Origin: a virus
Direction: 5' to 3' (one strand)
DNA: 64,000 nucleotides
Virus record (IMG/VR): IMGVR_UViG_3300045988_185315
This document shows positions 9,123-17,040 of the stretch, piece after piece. Under the pieces are notes generated by a model, which saw only the letters and a program-made list of their open reading frames with translations, ran no database searches and was not told the origin of the DNA. Made by a program: the position numbers and the translations under genes. Positions within the stretch are counted from its first letter, which is position 1. Each line of letters begins with the position of its first letter.

Positions 9123-10199
9123 TTAAGCGCCTAAAACCCGTCTAACGGTAGCAACCGGAACCTCACGTTTTCCTTCCGGCAGCACAAAAGTCGGCTCAAT
9201 CCAGCGAACTTCTAAGCGAGTTCGACCTTCTCCGACCCAATAATGATGCCAATGGGCGCGGCGGACGTGAGGTCTGACCGTACGGCCCGTGCCGGTTGCT
9301 GTGGACTTCTGATATTCCGTGCCAGAAGCCAGCTGCTTTTCAAAGCTCTTTCCGATGACAAAGCCTACATTGTAGGTCTTGATATTAACTTTCTTAGGTG
9401 TTGCACCGGGTTTGGAAACAAGGATGGGCCGCTTCTCTTTCGGGATTTTTACCTCTTTGATTTCAGCATTCTTGGATGCAAGGTAATAAGCTGCAGAAAC
9501 CGCAACACGAAGATACGGCTCAACGCCGGCGTTGAATTCCCGCTGCTTTTCCAGCTCTTCTTCGCTGAGAACGGCACCGGGTACATTTGAAATCGTGGCG
9601 TCATTGACAGTGGCGGAATCAGTTCCGTTCTGAAATGCCTGCTCGCGAGCATCATTGTTGCGCCGATAGGACTCAATCAGCTTCTTGCCGTTGAGACACC
9701 ACTGCATGCACTGGCAAAGTTCGATATTGTCAAAGTTTGGATTTGCCTTAAAAGGAACAATCAGGAAGAGTGTATCCACATTGTTCGGACCATGGGATGC
9801 ATCGAACTCAATGTGAACAAACATCGCATCGTGATGAGAGCCAGCGGGCAGATTCATGACAAAATCCCTATATGGCAGCCGCATCATAATATCGGAATAA
9901 ATCGGTGCGTCCTCAGTCTCTGCCAATGTTCTGAGAAATTCCGGCGCAAAATTGTATACGGTTTTCGCTGTCCGCCAATAGTTTGCAACATACGCCATTG
10001 AGAACTGCGCGGCAAGTTCCCCATCCATCGCATCGGCGGCAATCTGACCGTTTTGGATAAGGCGGTGCCCAAGTGGAATAAATTCTTTCACATAATAGTC
10101 ATAGCCCTTATCCAGTAGCTTGTTGGCCCCAGAATTCAAAAGAAACTGACTGCTCTGCTCGGCATACCAAAGAGCGCTGTTCACAATTATATTGTCCAC
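9123..10199 (-). CDS. hypothetical protein, paralogue of 50636-51523 (C-terminal R-x-H-W-x-H-Y-W-x-G basic motif)
   Basis: Shares WRTAKTVYNF / RLPYRDF / MFVHIEF blocks and the C-terminal RRAHWHHYWVGEGR motif with the ORF at 50636-51523. Confidence 0.6.
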   Translation of the reverse strand: MDNIIVNSALWYAEQSSQFLLNSGANKLLDKGYDYYVKEFIPLGHRLIQNGQIAADAMDGELAAQFSMAYVANYWRTAKTVYNFAPEFLRTLAETEDAPIYSDIMMRLPYRDFVMNLPAGSHHDAMFVHIEFDASHGPNNVDTLFLIVPFKANPNFDNIELCQCMQWCLNGKKLIESYRRNNDAREQAFQNGTDSATVNDATISNVPGAVLSEEELEKQREFNAGVEPYLRVAVSAAYYLASKNAEIKEVKIPKEKRPILVSKPGATPKKVNIKTYNVGFVIGKSFEKQLASGTEYQKSTATGTGRTVRPHVRRAHWHHYWVGEGRTRLEVRWIEPTFVLPEGKREVPVATVRRVLGA

Positions 10200-10208
10200 A
10201 ATGATACC

Positions 10209-10436
10209 TCACTGCCAATACAGTTTTATTGTTCCGTCAGCAAAAAGAATCTGGCTGTACTCCTCGCCGTCAAGGACAATGCAGCGGTCCTCTCCGTGCT
10301 TGTGAGCGCCGGTACAATACACAGTTTTATTATCGATAGCCGGAATGGACGGTGCTTTTGCCAAAACCGACTGACCGTGCATGGCGCAGATGTCTAAGAA
10401 AGAAATGATGTGGTCGCCCACCCTGGAAGCCTCCAA
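10209..10436 (-). CDS. hypothetical small protein (75 aa)
   Basis: ORF. Confidence 0.4.
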   Translation of the reverse strand: MEASRVGDHIISFLDICAMHGQSVLAKAPSIPAIDNKTVYCTGAHKHGEDRCIVLDGEEYSQILFADGTIKLYWQ

Positions 10437-10441
10437 TCTAA

Positions 10442-11113
10442 TTACAGTGCTCTAATTTGGAAAGAACCTTCAGCACGCGGCAATGGCTCGTCTGTGACTT
10501 TCAGAACGGAGCTATCTCGTTTCTCTGTCGCGTATCGAATGGTCTTGAGAATCTCATATGCCAGTTTGCTGTTATAAGCGAGTCCTGAATTGGAAATACC
10601 AAAGTTTCCGTTCCAGCCAACGCCAATCTTTTTAAGCTGTGGAATCAGAAGGTCTCGGGTTTCAATGATACCTACTCCATTCCAGCGGGCATCATGGTAC
10701 GCCTGAAGGTGCTGCTCATCGTTACCAGAAATATCAAGTGCTTCATAGATGACGCCAAATTGCCCCATCAAAATACGTGAGTATGTATCCAGTGCATCAG
10801 CAACTACTTTCCAGGAAAGAGTATCCAAGCCAATGCTGTACTTATACGGAGCATCCTTTTCCGGCAGTTCCCGTGCATGATGCAGCATGTCTTCCAAGAT
10901 AGCGCTGCACTTGTTAGAAGAGTCTTTAACAGGAGCCGTTACGTTCACAGCTGTCAGAGCAGCACAAGCACTTGCAATGTCTGCTTCGCTTGCTCCATAA
11001 GCCTCTCCAACCTCTTTGCAGATAGAGGAAAAATCGTTGCTATAAAACGTTATCATAACAGCAAGAGCGTGCAGAATGAAGAAGTACTGCTTGCTCGTGA
11101 AATCAATGTACAT
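10442..11113 (-). CDS. hypothetical protein (223 aa)
   Basis: ORF; promoter P5 upstream at about 11143-11172. Confidence 0.5.
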   Translation of the reverse strand: MYIDFTSKQYFFILHALAVMITFYSNDFSSICKEVGEAYGASEADIASACAALTAVNVTAPVKDSSNKCSAILEDMLHHARELPEKDAPYKYSIGLDTLSWKVVADALDTYSRILMGQFGVIYEALDISGNDEQHLQAYHDARWNGVGIIETRDLLIPQLKKIGVGWNGNFGISNSGLAYNSKLAYEILKTIRYATEKRDSSVLKVTDEPLPRAEGSFQIRAL

Positions 11114-11253
11114 ACGGCAAAAATCCTTTCACTTTTTACCCTTTCATTATACCGCGATTCGCAATTCCTCACAACGGAAAGCGCTAAATGGTAACAGTTT
11201 ATACATATTTTTACAAGCAAAAAAGCCGCCTCCCTATGGAGGCGGCTGGACCC

Positions 11254-11505
11254 TTATTTTACAGCTTTTCTGATTTCGAGCTCGTGCTCATAGCAGCTTT
11301 TGCAAATCAGATAGCCAATGCCAATATCGTTCTGGATGGCCGCAGACGTATATGCGTTGTGCTCGTTGATGGTACGTCCGCACGCAGCACAATTGAGTTC
11401 TTCGTTGGCATGAACCATGATGTCGCAATGCCCGTTCTGAGGTGGGGTGTACGGCGTATATTGCTTCTTGATGAAATCGTATTTCTGCATTTTATGGCAC
11501 TCCAT
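11254..11505 (-). CDS. small zinc-ribbon protein (83 aa)
   Basis: CxxC…CxxC pattern (CAACGRT…CKSCYEH). Confidence 0.45.
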   Translation of the reverse strand: MECHKMQKYDFIKKQYTPYTPPQNGHCDIMVHANEELNCAACGRTINEHNAYTSAAIQNDIGIGYLICKSCYEHELEIRKAVK

Positions 11506-11675
11506 TATTCATTGTTTTCTTTCGCTATTATATCACAAATTGTGGTGCTAAACAAGAAAGCAGTCCCCCATAAATTTACGAACAATCGCTGACTTTGGAG
11601 ATTGTGACGTTTGCTGAAGGATTTGTACCTTTGAGCAGTATCCTGCCGTTAGATTTACCAAACGAAGGCCGGGGA

Positions 11676-11700
11676 ATCCCACGATTTCAATCGTGGGAGG
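11676..11700. repeat. orphan IS200/IS605-type hairpin CCCACGATTTCAATCGTGGG in a 400-nt non-coding stretch
   Basis: Palindrome of the same family as the IS-end hairpins; the only ORF here (11687-11989) has no ribosome-binding site and odd composition. Confidence 0.5.
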
Positions 11701-11990
11701 TGTCAAGGACTGATTCCGTGAACGTCCTCACCAAAGCCTTGCAGCTATAGATGAAACATTCTGCTTTCAAACTTTGGTAGGAATCCAGTCCACAATTTGC
11801 GGAACAAAGTCGGCTTATCGGAATATTGCATCGGAATAATATCAAGGTATTTTCGATATCGTTCCGAACGGATGAATCAGTGGCAAATGAAGGCACTTTT
11901 GCTTCCTGGACAATTTTGTTACTTTGCTGTATGATTAAAGTACAACAATTAGGGCAATACAAAAATCGATAACGGCGAGGTACTAACAAG

Positions 11991-12362
11991 ATGGACGCGA
12001 CAATGCAGACGGTTCTCCGGCTTCATGAGCAAGGTATACCTAGAAGAACCATTGCCAAACGTGCAGGCATCTCATTGCAGAAAGTGCGCAAAATACTGAT
12101 TACGGCCGGGGCCTGGTCAGATGAAACATCAGAAAAAATCGGGAAGCTGCGTGCGAACGGTATGTCAGTTCCTGAAATTGCAGAAGAATTGGGTGTAAAA
12201 ACCAATACTGTTTGGAGCTATTTGCCATACAGCAAAGGCATGTATAATCAAGAATATCCGACCATTAACGCCATTCGAGTCCGAAATTCGAAGCGAAAAG
12301 CAAAAGAAAAAGCCCTCACCTGCACGGATACCGCACAGAATGAGGGCAGTGGCGCTTGCTGA
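11991..12362 (+). CDS. HTH DNA-binding protein (two HTH motifs), divergently oriented
   Basis: IPRRTIAKRAGISLQKVRKIL and MSVPEIAEELGVKTNTVWSYL are HTH-like; the 3' end overlaps tRNA 12350-12437 by 13 nt. Confidence 0.55.
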   Translation: MDATMQTVLRLHEQGIPRRTIAKRAGISLQKVRKILITAGAWSDETSEKIGKLRANGMSVPEIAEELGVKTNTVWSYLPYSKGMYNQEYPTINAIRVRNSKRKAKEKALTCTDTAQNEGSGAC

Positions 12363-12437
12363 AGGATTCGAACCTTCGGACAGTCTCCCATCGTCGGTTT
12401 TCTGGACCGATTTCATCAACCACTCGAACAAGCAAGC
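12350..12437 (-). tRNA. type II (long variable arm) Ser-like tRNA; anticodon loop reads CCAGAAA (nominal anticodon AGA, C at position 33), CCA encoded
   Basis: Reverse complement gives a 7-bp acceptor GCTTGCT/AGCAAGC, Ser-like D arm CGAGTGGTTGA, T arm GAAGGTTCGAATCCTTC, long variable arm; the anticodon loop is non-canonical. Confidence 0.6.
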
Positions 12438-12440
12438 AGA

Positions 12441-12530
12441 TGGCGCAGAGGGTGAGATTCGAACTCACATGCCGCGATTTCCGCGACGGCAGCTTAGCAA
12501 GCTGCTGCCCTACCGTTAGGCGACCTCTGC
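12441..12530 (-). tRNA. tRNA-Ser(GCT)
   Basis: Acceptor GCAGAGG/CCTCTGC, anticodon stem GCAGC/GCTGC with loop TTGCTAA, long variable arm, T loop GTTCGAATC, CCA encoded. Confidence 0.8.
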
Positions 12531-12561
12531 ATGATGCACCTTTTTGACATAGGTGCTTGTA

Positions 12562-12635
12562 TGACCCCTGGCAGACTCGAACTGCCGACTCCAGCTTGAG
12601 AGGCTGGCGACTTGGACCAACTTGTCGAAGGGGCC
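12562..12635 (-). tRNA. tRNA-Glu(CTC)
   Basis: Acceptor GGCCCCT/AGGGGTC, anticodon stem CCAGC/GCTGG with loop CTCTCAA, T arm GGCAGTTCGAGTCTGCC; no CCA encoded. Confidence 0.65.
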
Positions 12636-12638
12636 TTA

Positions 12639-12723
12639 TGGTGTGCCGGGCTGGATTCGAACCAGCGAACCGTAACGGAGCGGTTTTACAGACCGTTTGC
12701 TTTAACCACTTGCATACCGGCAC
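12639..12723 (-). tRNA. tRNA-Tyr(GTA), type II
   Basis: Acceptor GTGCCGG/CCGGCAC, loop CTGTAAA, long variable arm, T arm GCTGGTTCGAATCCAGC, CCA encoded. Confidence 0.75.
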
Positions 12724-12726
12724 ATA

Positions 12727-12801
12727 TGGTGCTCCCGGCTGGAATCGAACCAGCGACACGCGGTTCTTCAGACCGCTGCTCTACCAACTGAGCTACAGAA
12801 G
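12727..12801 (-). tRNA. tRNA-Phe(GAA)
   Basis: GCTTCTGTAGCTCAGTTGGTAGAGC…, anticodon stem GCGGT/ACCGC with loop CTGAAGA, T arm GCTGGTTCGATTCCAGC, CCA. Confidence 0.8.
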
Positions 12802-12804
12802 CAG

Positions 12805-12884
12805 ATGGTGACCCGTGTGGGTTTCGAACCCACAATAATCTCCGCCGTGAAAGGGCGGCAACTCTACCAATTCGTCCAACGGGC
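12805..12884 (-). tRNA. tRNA-Glu(TTC)
   Basis: Acceptor GGCCCGT/ACGGGTC, anticodon stem CCGCC/GGCGG with loop CTTTCAC, T arm GTGGGTTCGAAACCCAC, CCA. Confidence 0.65.
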
Positions 12885-12914
12885 CATATAAAGCCGCAAT
12901 CCTGCGGCGAGGGT

Positions 12915-13136
12915 TTATGCGATGACAAGGATGTCATCAATTTTCGTATCGAGCATCGCTGCTAATATCACAAGGTTATCGATGGTGGGAAGCGCTGTTC
13001 CGGCTTGCCATTTAGCAACCGCCTGCGGAGACACACCGAGCGTGTCTGCCACATCCTTCACCTTGATGCCTGCTGCTTTTCGCAGGGCCTTGATATTGGC
13101 ACCTGTCTGCTGGATATCAATGGTTGGAACGTTCAT
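12915..13136 (-). CDS. XRE/Cro-C1-type HTH transcriptional regulator (73 aa)
   Basis: IKALRKAAGIKVKDVADTLGVSPQAVAKWQAG is a classic HTH_XRE motif. Confidence 0.7.
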   Translation of the reverse strand: MNVPTIDIQQTGANIKALRKAAGIKVKDVADTLGVSPQAVAKWQAGTALPTIDNLVILAAMLDTKIDDILVIA

Positions 13137-13397
13137 TTTTCTTGCTGCCTTTCTGTATTGCAGGCAACAAAAAAGCTGCCTGCCGAAATCTCGACAAGCA
13201 GCGTGTGAAAATGCAGTTATCGCTTAGAAGACGCACCGCATCTGTACATGGTCTGTTTTTGCCTGTCGAGGAGTATGAGAAATAAAACTGCGTTCATAAG
13301 AGCTGAACTCAGATTCATAACTATACTCATACGACATTACATTAACAGTGTTGCACAGCATTTTGGGGTATCTCCTTTCGTTTCGTTCTGATATTAT

Positions 13398-13427
13398 TAT
13401 AGCATGTTTTTGCACATTTGCAATCAA
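13398..13427 (-). promoter_or_regulatory. promoter of the conserved family (TTGCAA-N16-TATAAT)
   Basis: Reverse complement TTGCAAatgtgcaaaaacatgcTATAAT. Confidence 0.45.
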
Positions 13428-13505
13428 CTTGTGGTTTAGTTTTTTGGTCTGTATACTCTCCAAAACAAAAAGCCGCCTCTTATGTGCGGACGGCTTTTCT
13501 TATTG

Positions 13506-13580
13506 TGGCAGGGGTAACACGACTCGAACATGCAACACGCGGTTTTGGAGACCGCTGCTCTACCAATTGAGCTACACCCC
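13506..13580 (-). tRNA. tRNA-Trp(CCA)
   Basis: GGGGTGTAGCTCAATTGGTAGAGC…, anticodon stem GCGGT/ACCGC with loop CTCCAAA, CCA encoded. Confidence 0.8.
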
Positions 13581-13588
13581 TATATGGA

Positions 13589-13663
13589 TGCTCCAGCTGA
13601 GAGTCGAACTCAGAAATAAGCGGAGCTTAAATCCGCGGCGTTTGCCAGTTTCGCCACTGGAGC
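13589..13663 (-). tRNA. atypical type I tRNA with anticodon loop TTTAAGC (anticodon TAA, a Leu-type anticodon, but short 6-nt variable region)
   Basis: Acceptor GCTCCAG/CTGGAGC, D arm GCGAAACTGGCAAACGC, anticodon stem GCGGA/TCCGC, T arm CTGAGTTCGACTCTCAG, discriminator A; no long variable arm. Confidence 0.55.
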
Positions 13664-13666
13664 ATA

Positions 13667-13742
13667 TGGCAGGTTGTGCAGGATTCGAACCTGCGGCCCA
13701 CGGATTAACGGTCCGTTGCTCTACCAGCTGAGCTAACAACCC
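13667..13742 (-). tRNA. tRNA-Asn(GTT) with C33 (loop CCGTTAA)
   Basis: GGGTTGTTAGCTCAGCTGGTAGAGC…, anticodon stem ACGGA/TCCGT, T arm GCAGGTTCGAATCCTGC, CCA. Confidence 0.7.
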
Positions 13743-13936
13743 ACATCTAATTCTTTATTGATTGTTGCAATCAATTCTCTTTTTGTATGTTCATGAAAGT
13801 CTGCACAGCCAGTTTCCAAATTAACAGCCTCCCACCATACACAATGGTCAGGTTCATGATATCCGCAATTTGATAGACGATAGCCACAATATTCATAAAT
13901 ACCTCGAGATATTTTTTTGATATTGTTCTTTTTCAT
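13733..13936 (-). CDS. hypothetical small Cys/His-rich protein (67 aa)
   Basis: ORF; the 3' end overlaps the tRNA-Asn 5' end by about 10 nt, lowering confidence. Confidence 0.3.
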   Translation of the reverse strand: MKKNNIKKISRGIYEYCGYRLSNCGYHEPDHCVWWEAVNLETGCADFHEHTKRELIATINKELDVGC

Positions 13937-14149
13937 AATTATGGAGCAGGACACCCCATCTATAGCCGTAAGGCTTAGGTGGGGAGGAATGTGTTTCTTA
14001 GAAAAGACTAAGATACAGCATTTCCTGCTTACCTCCTTTCAATATTTAGATGATTTGTATCCATGCTCCCGCATGGCAAACAACTTGAACTTTGGAAATT
14101 GCTACGGACTTACTTTTTCCATACATATCAACGGCTTGCGTCATTGACA

Positions 14150-14347
14150 CATACACTGCCCGCAGAGCCCGACACTTGTAGAGCATAATCGGGGTGCCTA
14201 TATTATGAAGATGATTGCTCATCAAATGCATAACGGAGTTCGCAGCAACCGAAGTTGCCGTTCACCAAAGCTAATCAACCGGGCTTACGGGTTGCCCCGC
14301 AAGCCCCGTCTATAACCGGCGAACCGGTTTAGGCGGGGTTGTTGACT
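14150..14347 (+). repeat. copy A of a roughly 200-bp direct repeat: putative promoter (TTGTAG-N17-TATATT), variable spacer, about 75-nt conserved structured RNA module
   Basis: Blocks cacttgtRgagcat…ggtgcctatattat and ctaatcaacYgggcttacRggttgccccgcaagccccgtctataaccggcgaaccggtttaggcggggttgttgac shared with 62095-62265; ccg/cgg to ctg/cag compensatory pair. Confidence 0.6.
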
Positions 14348-14416
14348 GTTCTGGAAATACTCCTCTCGTGTTTTTATCGAGAATTCAATAAATGGCAGTT
14401 GTTGTACTGCCGGACA

Positions 14417-14494
14417 TGGTACTCCCCGAGGGATTCGAACCCTCAAAACGGTGCGGTTTGAGCGCACTGTGTCTGCCAATTTCACCAGAGGAGC
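14417..14494 (-). tRNA. atypical type I tRNA with anticodon loop CTCAAAC (anticodon CAA, a Leu-type anticodon, but short variable region)
   Basis: Acceptor GCTCCTC/GGGGAGT, anticodon stem GTGCG/CGCAC, T arm GAGGGTTCGAATCCCTC, CCA; 78 nt, no room for a long arm. Confidence 0.55.
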
Positions 14495-14497
14495 TTA

Positions 14498-14573
14498 TGG
14501 CGGGCGTAGCAGGATTTGAACCTGCGACAAACGGATTAACGGTCCGCCGCTCTGCCTACTGAGCTATACACCC
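14498..14573 (-). tRNA. tRNA-Asn(GTT) with C33 (loop CCGTTAA), second copy
   Basis: GGGTGTATAGCTCAGTAGGCAGAGC…, anticodon stem GCGGA/TCCGT, T arm GCAGGTTCAAATCCTGC, CCA. Confidence 0.7.
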
Positions 14574-14604
14574 ACAAAAGTGGCAGATAATGCTCTGCCG
14601 GGCA

Positions 14605-14680
14605 TGGTGCGCTCGCGGGAAATTGAATCCCGAACACCCCGATTAAAAGTCGGGTACTCTACCGATTGAGTTACGAGCAC
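14605..14680 (-). tRNA. tRNA-Lys(TTT)
   Basis: Acceptor GTGCTCG/CGAGCGC, anticodon stem CCCGA/TCGGG with loop CTTTTAA, T arm CGGGATTCAATTTCCCG, CCA. Confidence 0.7.
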
Positions 14681-14944
14681 TTGTCGCGCATCTTCCGTGC
14701 CTTGCTTATGGGAACACAGCTTTGAGGAATCTCACTTCCGATGCGCATGAAAGTGAGCGTTGGCCGAGAATGGTCGAGTCGAACAACCGTTGTCAGGGTG
14801 AATCCTCCCACGACTAAAGTCGCGGGCTTCCCTTCTTTTAAGGAGAGGAACTTGCTAACGAAATGGTACAGCAATCCCTCAGCAAGCAAGTCCCGAAGAA
14901 CAAACTCACCGCAAGAAAGCTAATTGTCACAGTTAGCCTACATC

Positions 14945-16276
14945 TTACGCTGTCTGTGTACTGAGTTTTTTAAGCTCAGGATACAGAACTTTAAGCGTGG
15001 CAAGTGTAACTTGGATTCTACGCTCAACATCCGGAACATTAGCCGAAAGCTGAGACCTTACCATCGCTGGCAAGGGTTTTAGCAACTCTCTGACAAAGTA
15101 GCGAGCGCCAATATTGTAGCTCGCACTTAGGTCGCAGTTGTATTGTTTGCCGCTTGCAAACGTTGCAAGGGCACGATTGGTTTCATCACGCTTGAGAGCA
15201 CCACTGCCATCAAAGGCGAGTTTGCTTGTCCCCCAAGCACAGATACGCGAAATCCGGATACCGCAGCGGTGCGCCTTGTGTTCCACATAATCCTGTATAG
15301 AATTACGCTTCCACATCGACAGCTTCTGTGCCTTACTGCCACCGTGCTTTTTGCCTGTAAATGACAAATGTTCAAAAACAATCACATCTACAGAATAAAG
15401 CACAGCAAATTCAGTAATCGCAGCAGCAACCTTTTTCGCTATATCGTTATTCAAGGCTTTGGCGTAACGCCACATAGCAGCAGCACTCTTAGGTCCATGT
15501 TCTCTTTGCTTACGCTTAATACGGTTGAGCACATGATACAGATGGTCTTTTTCACTTGCAAAATTGATAAATTTTCTTGCAAGGACAGTTCCATCGGCAG
15601 TCATGATGCTGCACACGGCGTCAGTATTGAGACCAAGGTCTACAGCGCAGATACGCCTGTCTTGAATTTCAGTTTCAGAGAGTTCTACCTTCTCCACGAA
15701 AGCGAAGCGAAGAAAATATTTTCCATACTTCTTTTCGAGGGAGGGAGCACTCTTTTCGCAATGTGACCAGTATTTCGTGATGTATTTGACATCGGTGGCA
15801 CGCATTGCAATAGGAATCCAAACCCAGTCATTGTTTTTATACAGCTTCAGATAGCACTGGTTTGGTTTGTTGCTTTCCTCATACATAACGGTCTTATAAA
15901 AAGCCGGGAAGCAAAATCTATCGCATTGAAGTTTTGGCTCCCTGTCAACCTTGCCGTTTGCTTCCCAGTTCTTATGGCTACTGTAGTAGCTGCTTACAGA
16001 GCCGAGTGCTGCTTGAATAGCCGCTCTGCGCAGGTAACTAGGGAACTTATAAAACTTGGCATCGAAATCATATTTAGCAGTGCTGTATTTTGTAGTATGA
16101 ATTAACTTCTCGGCAAAACTCTTTCGAGATTTGGCACCCTCTACTTTTTGAATAGAATCCCATTCTTTGTTAAAACAACCAATCAAGAAAGAAACGGCTT
16201 CGCGATAAATCTTTATAGTATTGTCGAACATTTTCTGCTTTTTGATTTCCACAGCATAGCTGGAAGTGATTTTCAC
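14945..16276 (-). CDS. tnpB: TnpB-like (IS605 OrfB family) RuvC-like nuclease, 443 aa, zinc finger apparently degenerate
   Basis: RuvC-like blocks AVDLGLNTDA, IVFEHLS, NCDLSASYNIGARYF; only a single CxxxxxxxC where TnpB normally has CxxC…CxxC. Confidence 0.65.
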   Translation of the reverse strand: MKITSSYAVEIKKQKMFDNTIKIYREAVSFLIGCFNKEWDSIQKVEGAKSRKSFAEKLIHTTKYSTAKYDFDAKFYKFPSYLRRAAIQAALGSVSSYYSSHKNWEANGKVDREPKLQCDRFCFPAFYKTVMYEESNKPNQCYLKLYKNNDWVWIPIAMRATDVKYITKYWSHCEKSAPSLEKKYGKYFLRFAFVEKVELSETEIQDRRICAVDLGLNTDAVCSIMTADGTVLARKFINFASEKDHLYHVLNRIKRKQREHGPKSAAAMWRYAKALNNDIAKKVAAAITEFAVLYSVDVIVFEHLSFTGKKHGGSKAQKLSMWKRNSIQDYVEHKAHRCGIRISRICAWGTSKLAFDGSGALKRDETNRALATFASGKQYNCDLSASYNIGARYFVRELLKPLPAMVRSQLSANVPDVERRIQVTLATLKVLYPELKKLSTQTA

Positions 16277-16294
16277 TGCGAAGCCCCCCTTTCA

Positions 16295-16675
16295 TCAGTT
16301 TCTTATTTTTTGAGATGCAATGTATTCTTGTACTTGTTTGCGCGTGTTATCACTGACGGTTGCAATAAAGTAGCTTGGGTTCCAAAGATGCCCGCCCCAA
16401 AGTTGCTTCTTCAAGTCCGGATTGGCGATAAAAATAGCTCTTGCACTGTTGCCTTTAAGCACTTTTATCATATCCGGGATAAAATGCTGCGGTGAACACT
16501 CCACCAACAGGTGAATATGGTCAGGCATGCATTCCATTTCTACAATATTGATTTTTATGGTTTCGGCGGTCTGCTGCAGAGACTCTTTTAGCGATTGTTC
16601 TGTTTCGTTTGTCAAAGCCTGATGCCTTACCGTTTGGCGAATCCTCGAATATACATTCTGTATAATAGCATACAC
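16295..16675 (-). CDS. tnpA: IS200/IS605 TnpA (Y1 HUH transposase), 126 aa
   Basis: HUH motif PDHIHLLVE and catalytic Tyr region WNPSYFIATV; size typical of TnpA_IS200. Confidence 0.8.
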   Translation of the reverse strand: MYAIIQNVYSRIRQTVRHQALTNETEQSLKESLQQTAETIKINIVEMECMPDHIHLLVECSPQHFIPDMIKVLKGNSARAIFIANPDLKKQLWGGHLWNPSYFIATVSDNTRKQVQEYIASQKIRN

Positions 16676-17040
16676 TTTAATAAGCCTGGCTGGAATTCAC
16701 TCCAGCGGCATTAGAGTGACCTGATTCTGATTTTCTGCATCAAAAAAGCACCCATCAGGCGTTGTGCGTCTGACAGGTGCTCATATCGTGCAGAGTATGG
16801 AAAACAACCGATACTTGGATGATTTTATTCAACCATCACTGCACTATGATTTGCACAAACAGACAACACAAAACAGCTGAAGAGATTCCAATTGCTCCAC
16901 AGCTTTTGCAATTTATTCTGTTTGTTCATCATAGCAGCAAACATCGTGCAGTTTTCCTTTCATCAAATTCAGCGTCTTAATTATACAATATGTAAAAGCC
17001 AAAGTCAAGGCTTTTCGTAAAAATAATGGCAGGCCCGCGC

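Larger units (their letters stand above)
14790..16770 (-). mobile_element. IS200/IS605-family insertion sequence (tnpA + tnpB-like), about 2 kb
   Basis: Y1/HUH transposase gene followed by a TnpB-like gene; CCCACGACTAAAGTCGCGGG hairpin about 115 nt beyond the tnpB stop (right end); hairpins GCTGGAattcacTCCAGC and GCACC…GGTGC upstream of tnpA (left end). Confidence 0.65.

Noticed and set aside
11687-11989. 100-aa minus-strand ORF
   Set aside because: No ribosome-binding site, Cys/Leu-rich odd composition, contains the IS-type hairpin; region more likely non-coding.
12316-12940. Several ORFs (12316-12759, 12557-12811, 12686-12940, 13348-13731 and others) across the tRNA array
   Set aside because: They read through tRNA genes on either strand, with Arg/Pro/Cys-rich translations; artefacts of G+C-rich tRNA sequence.
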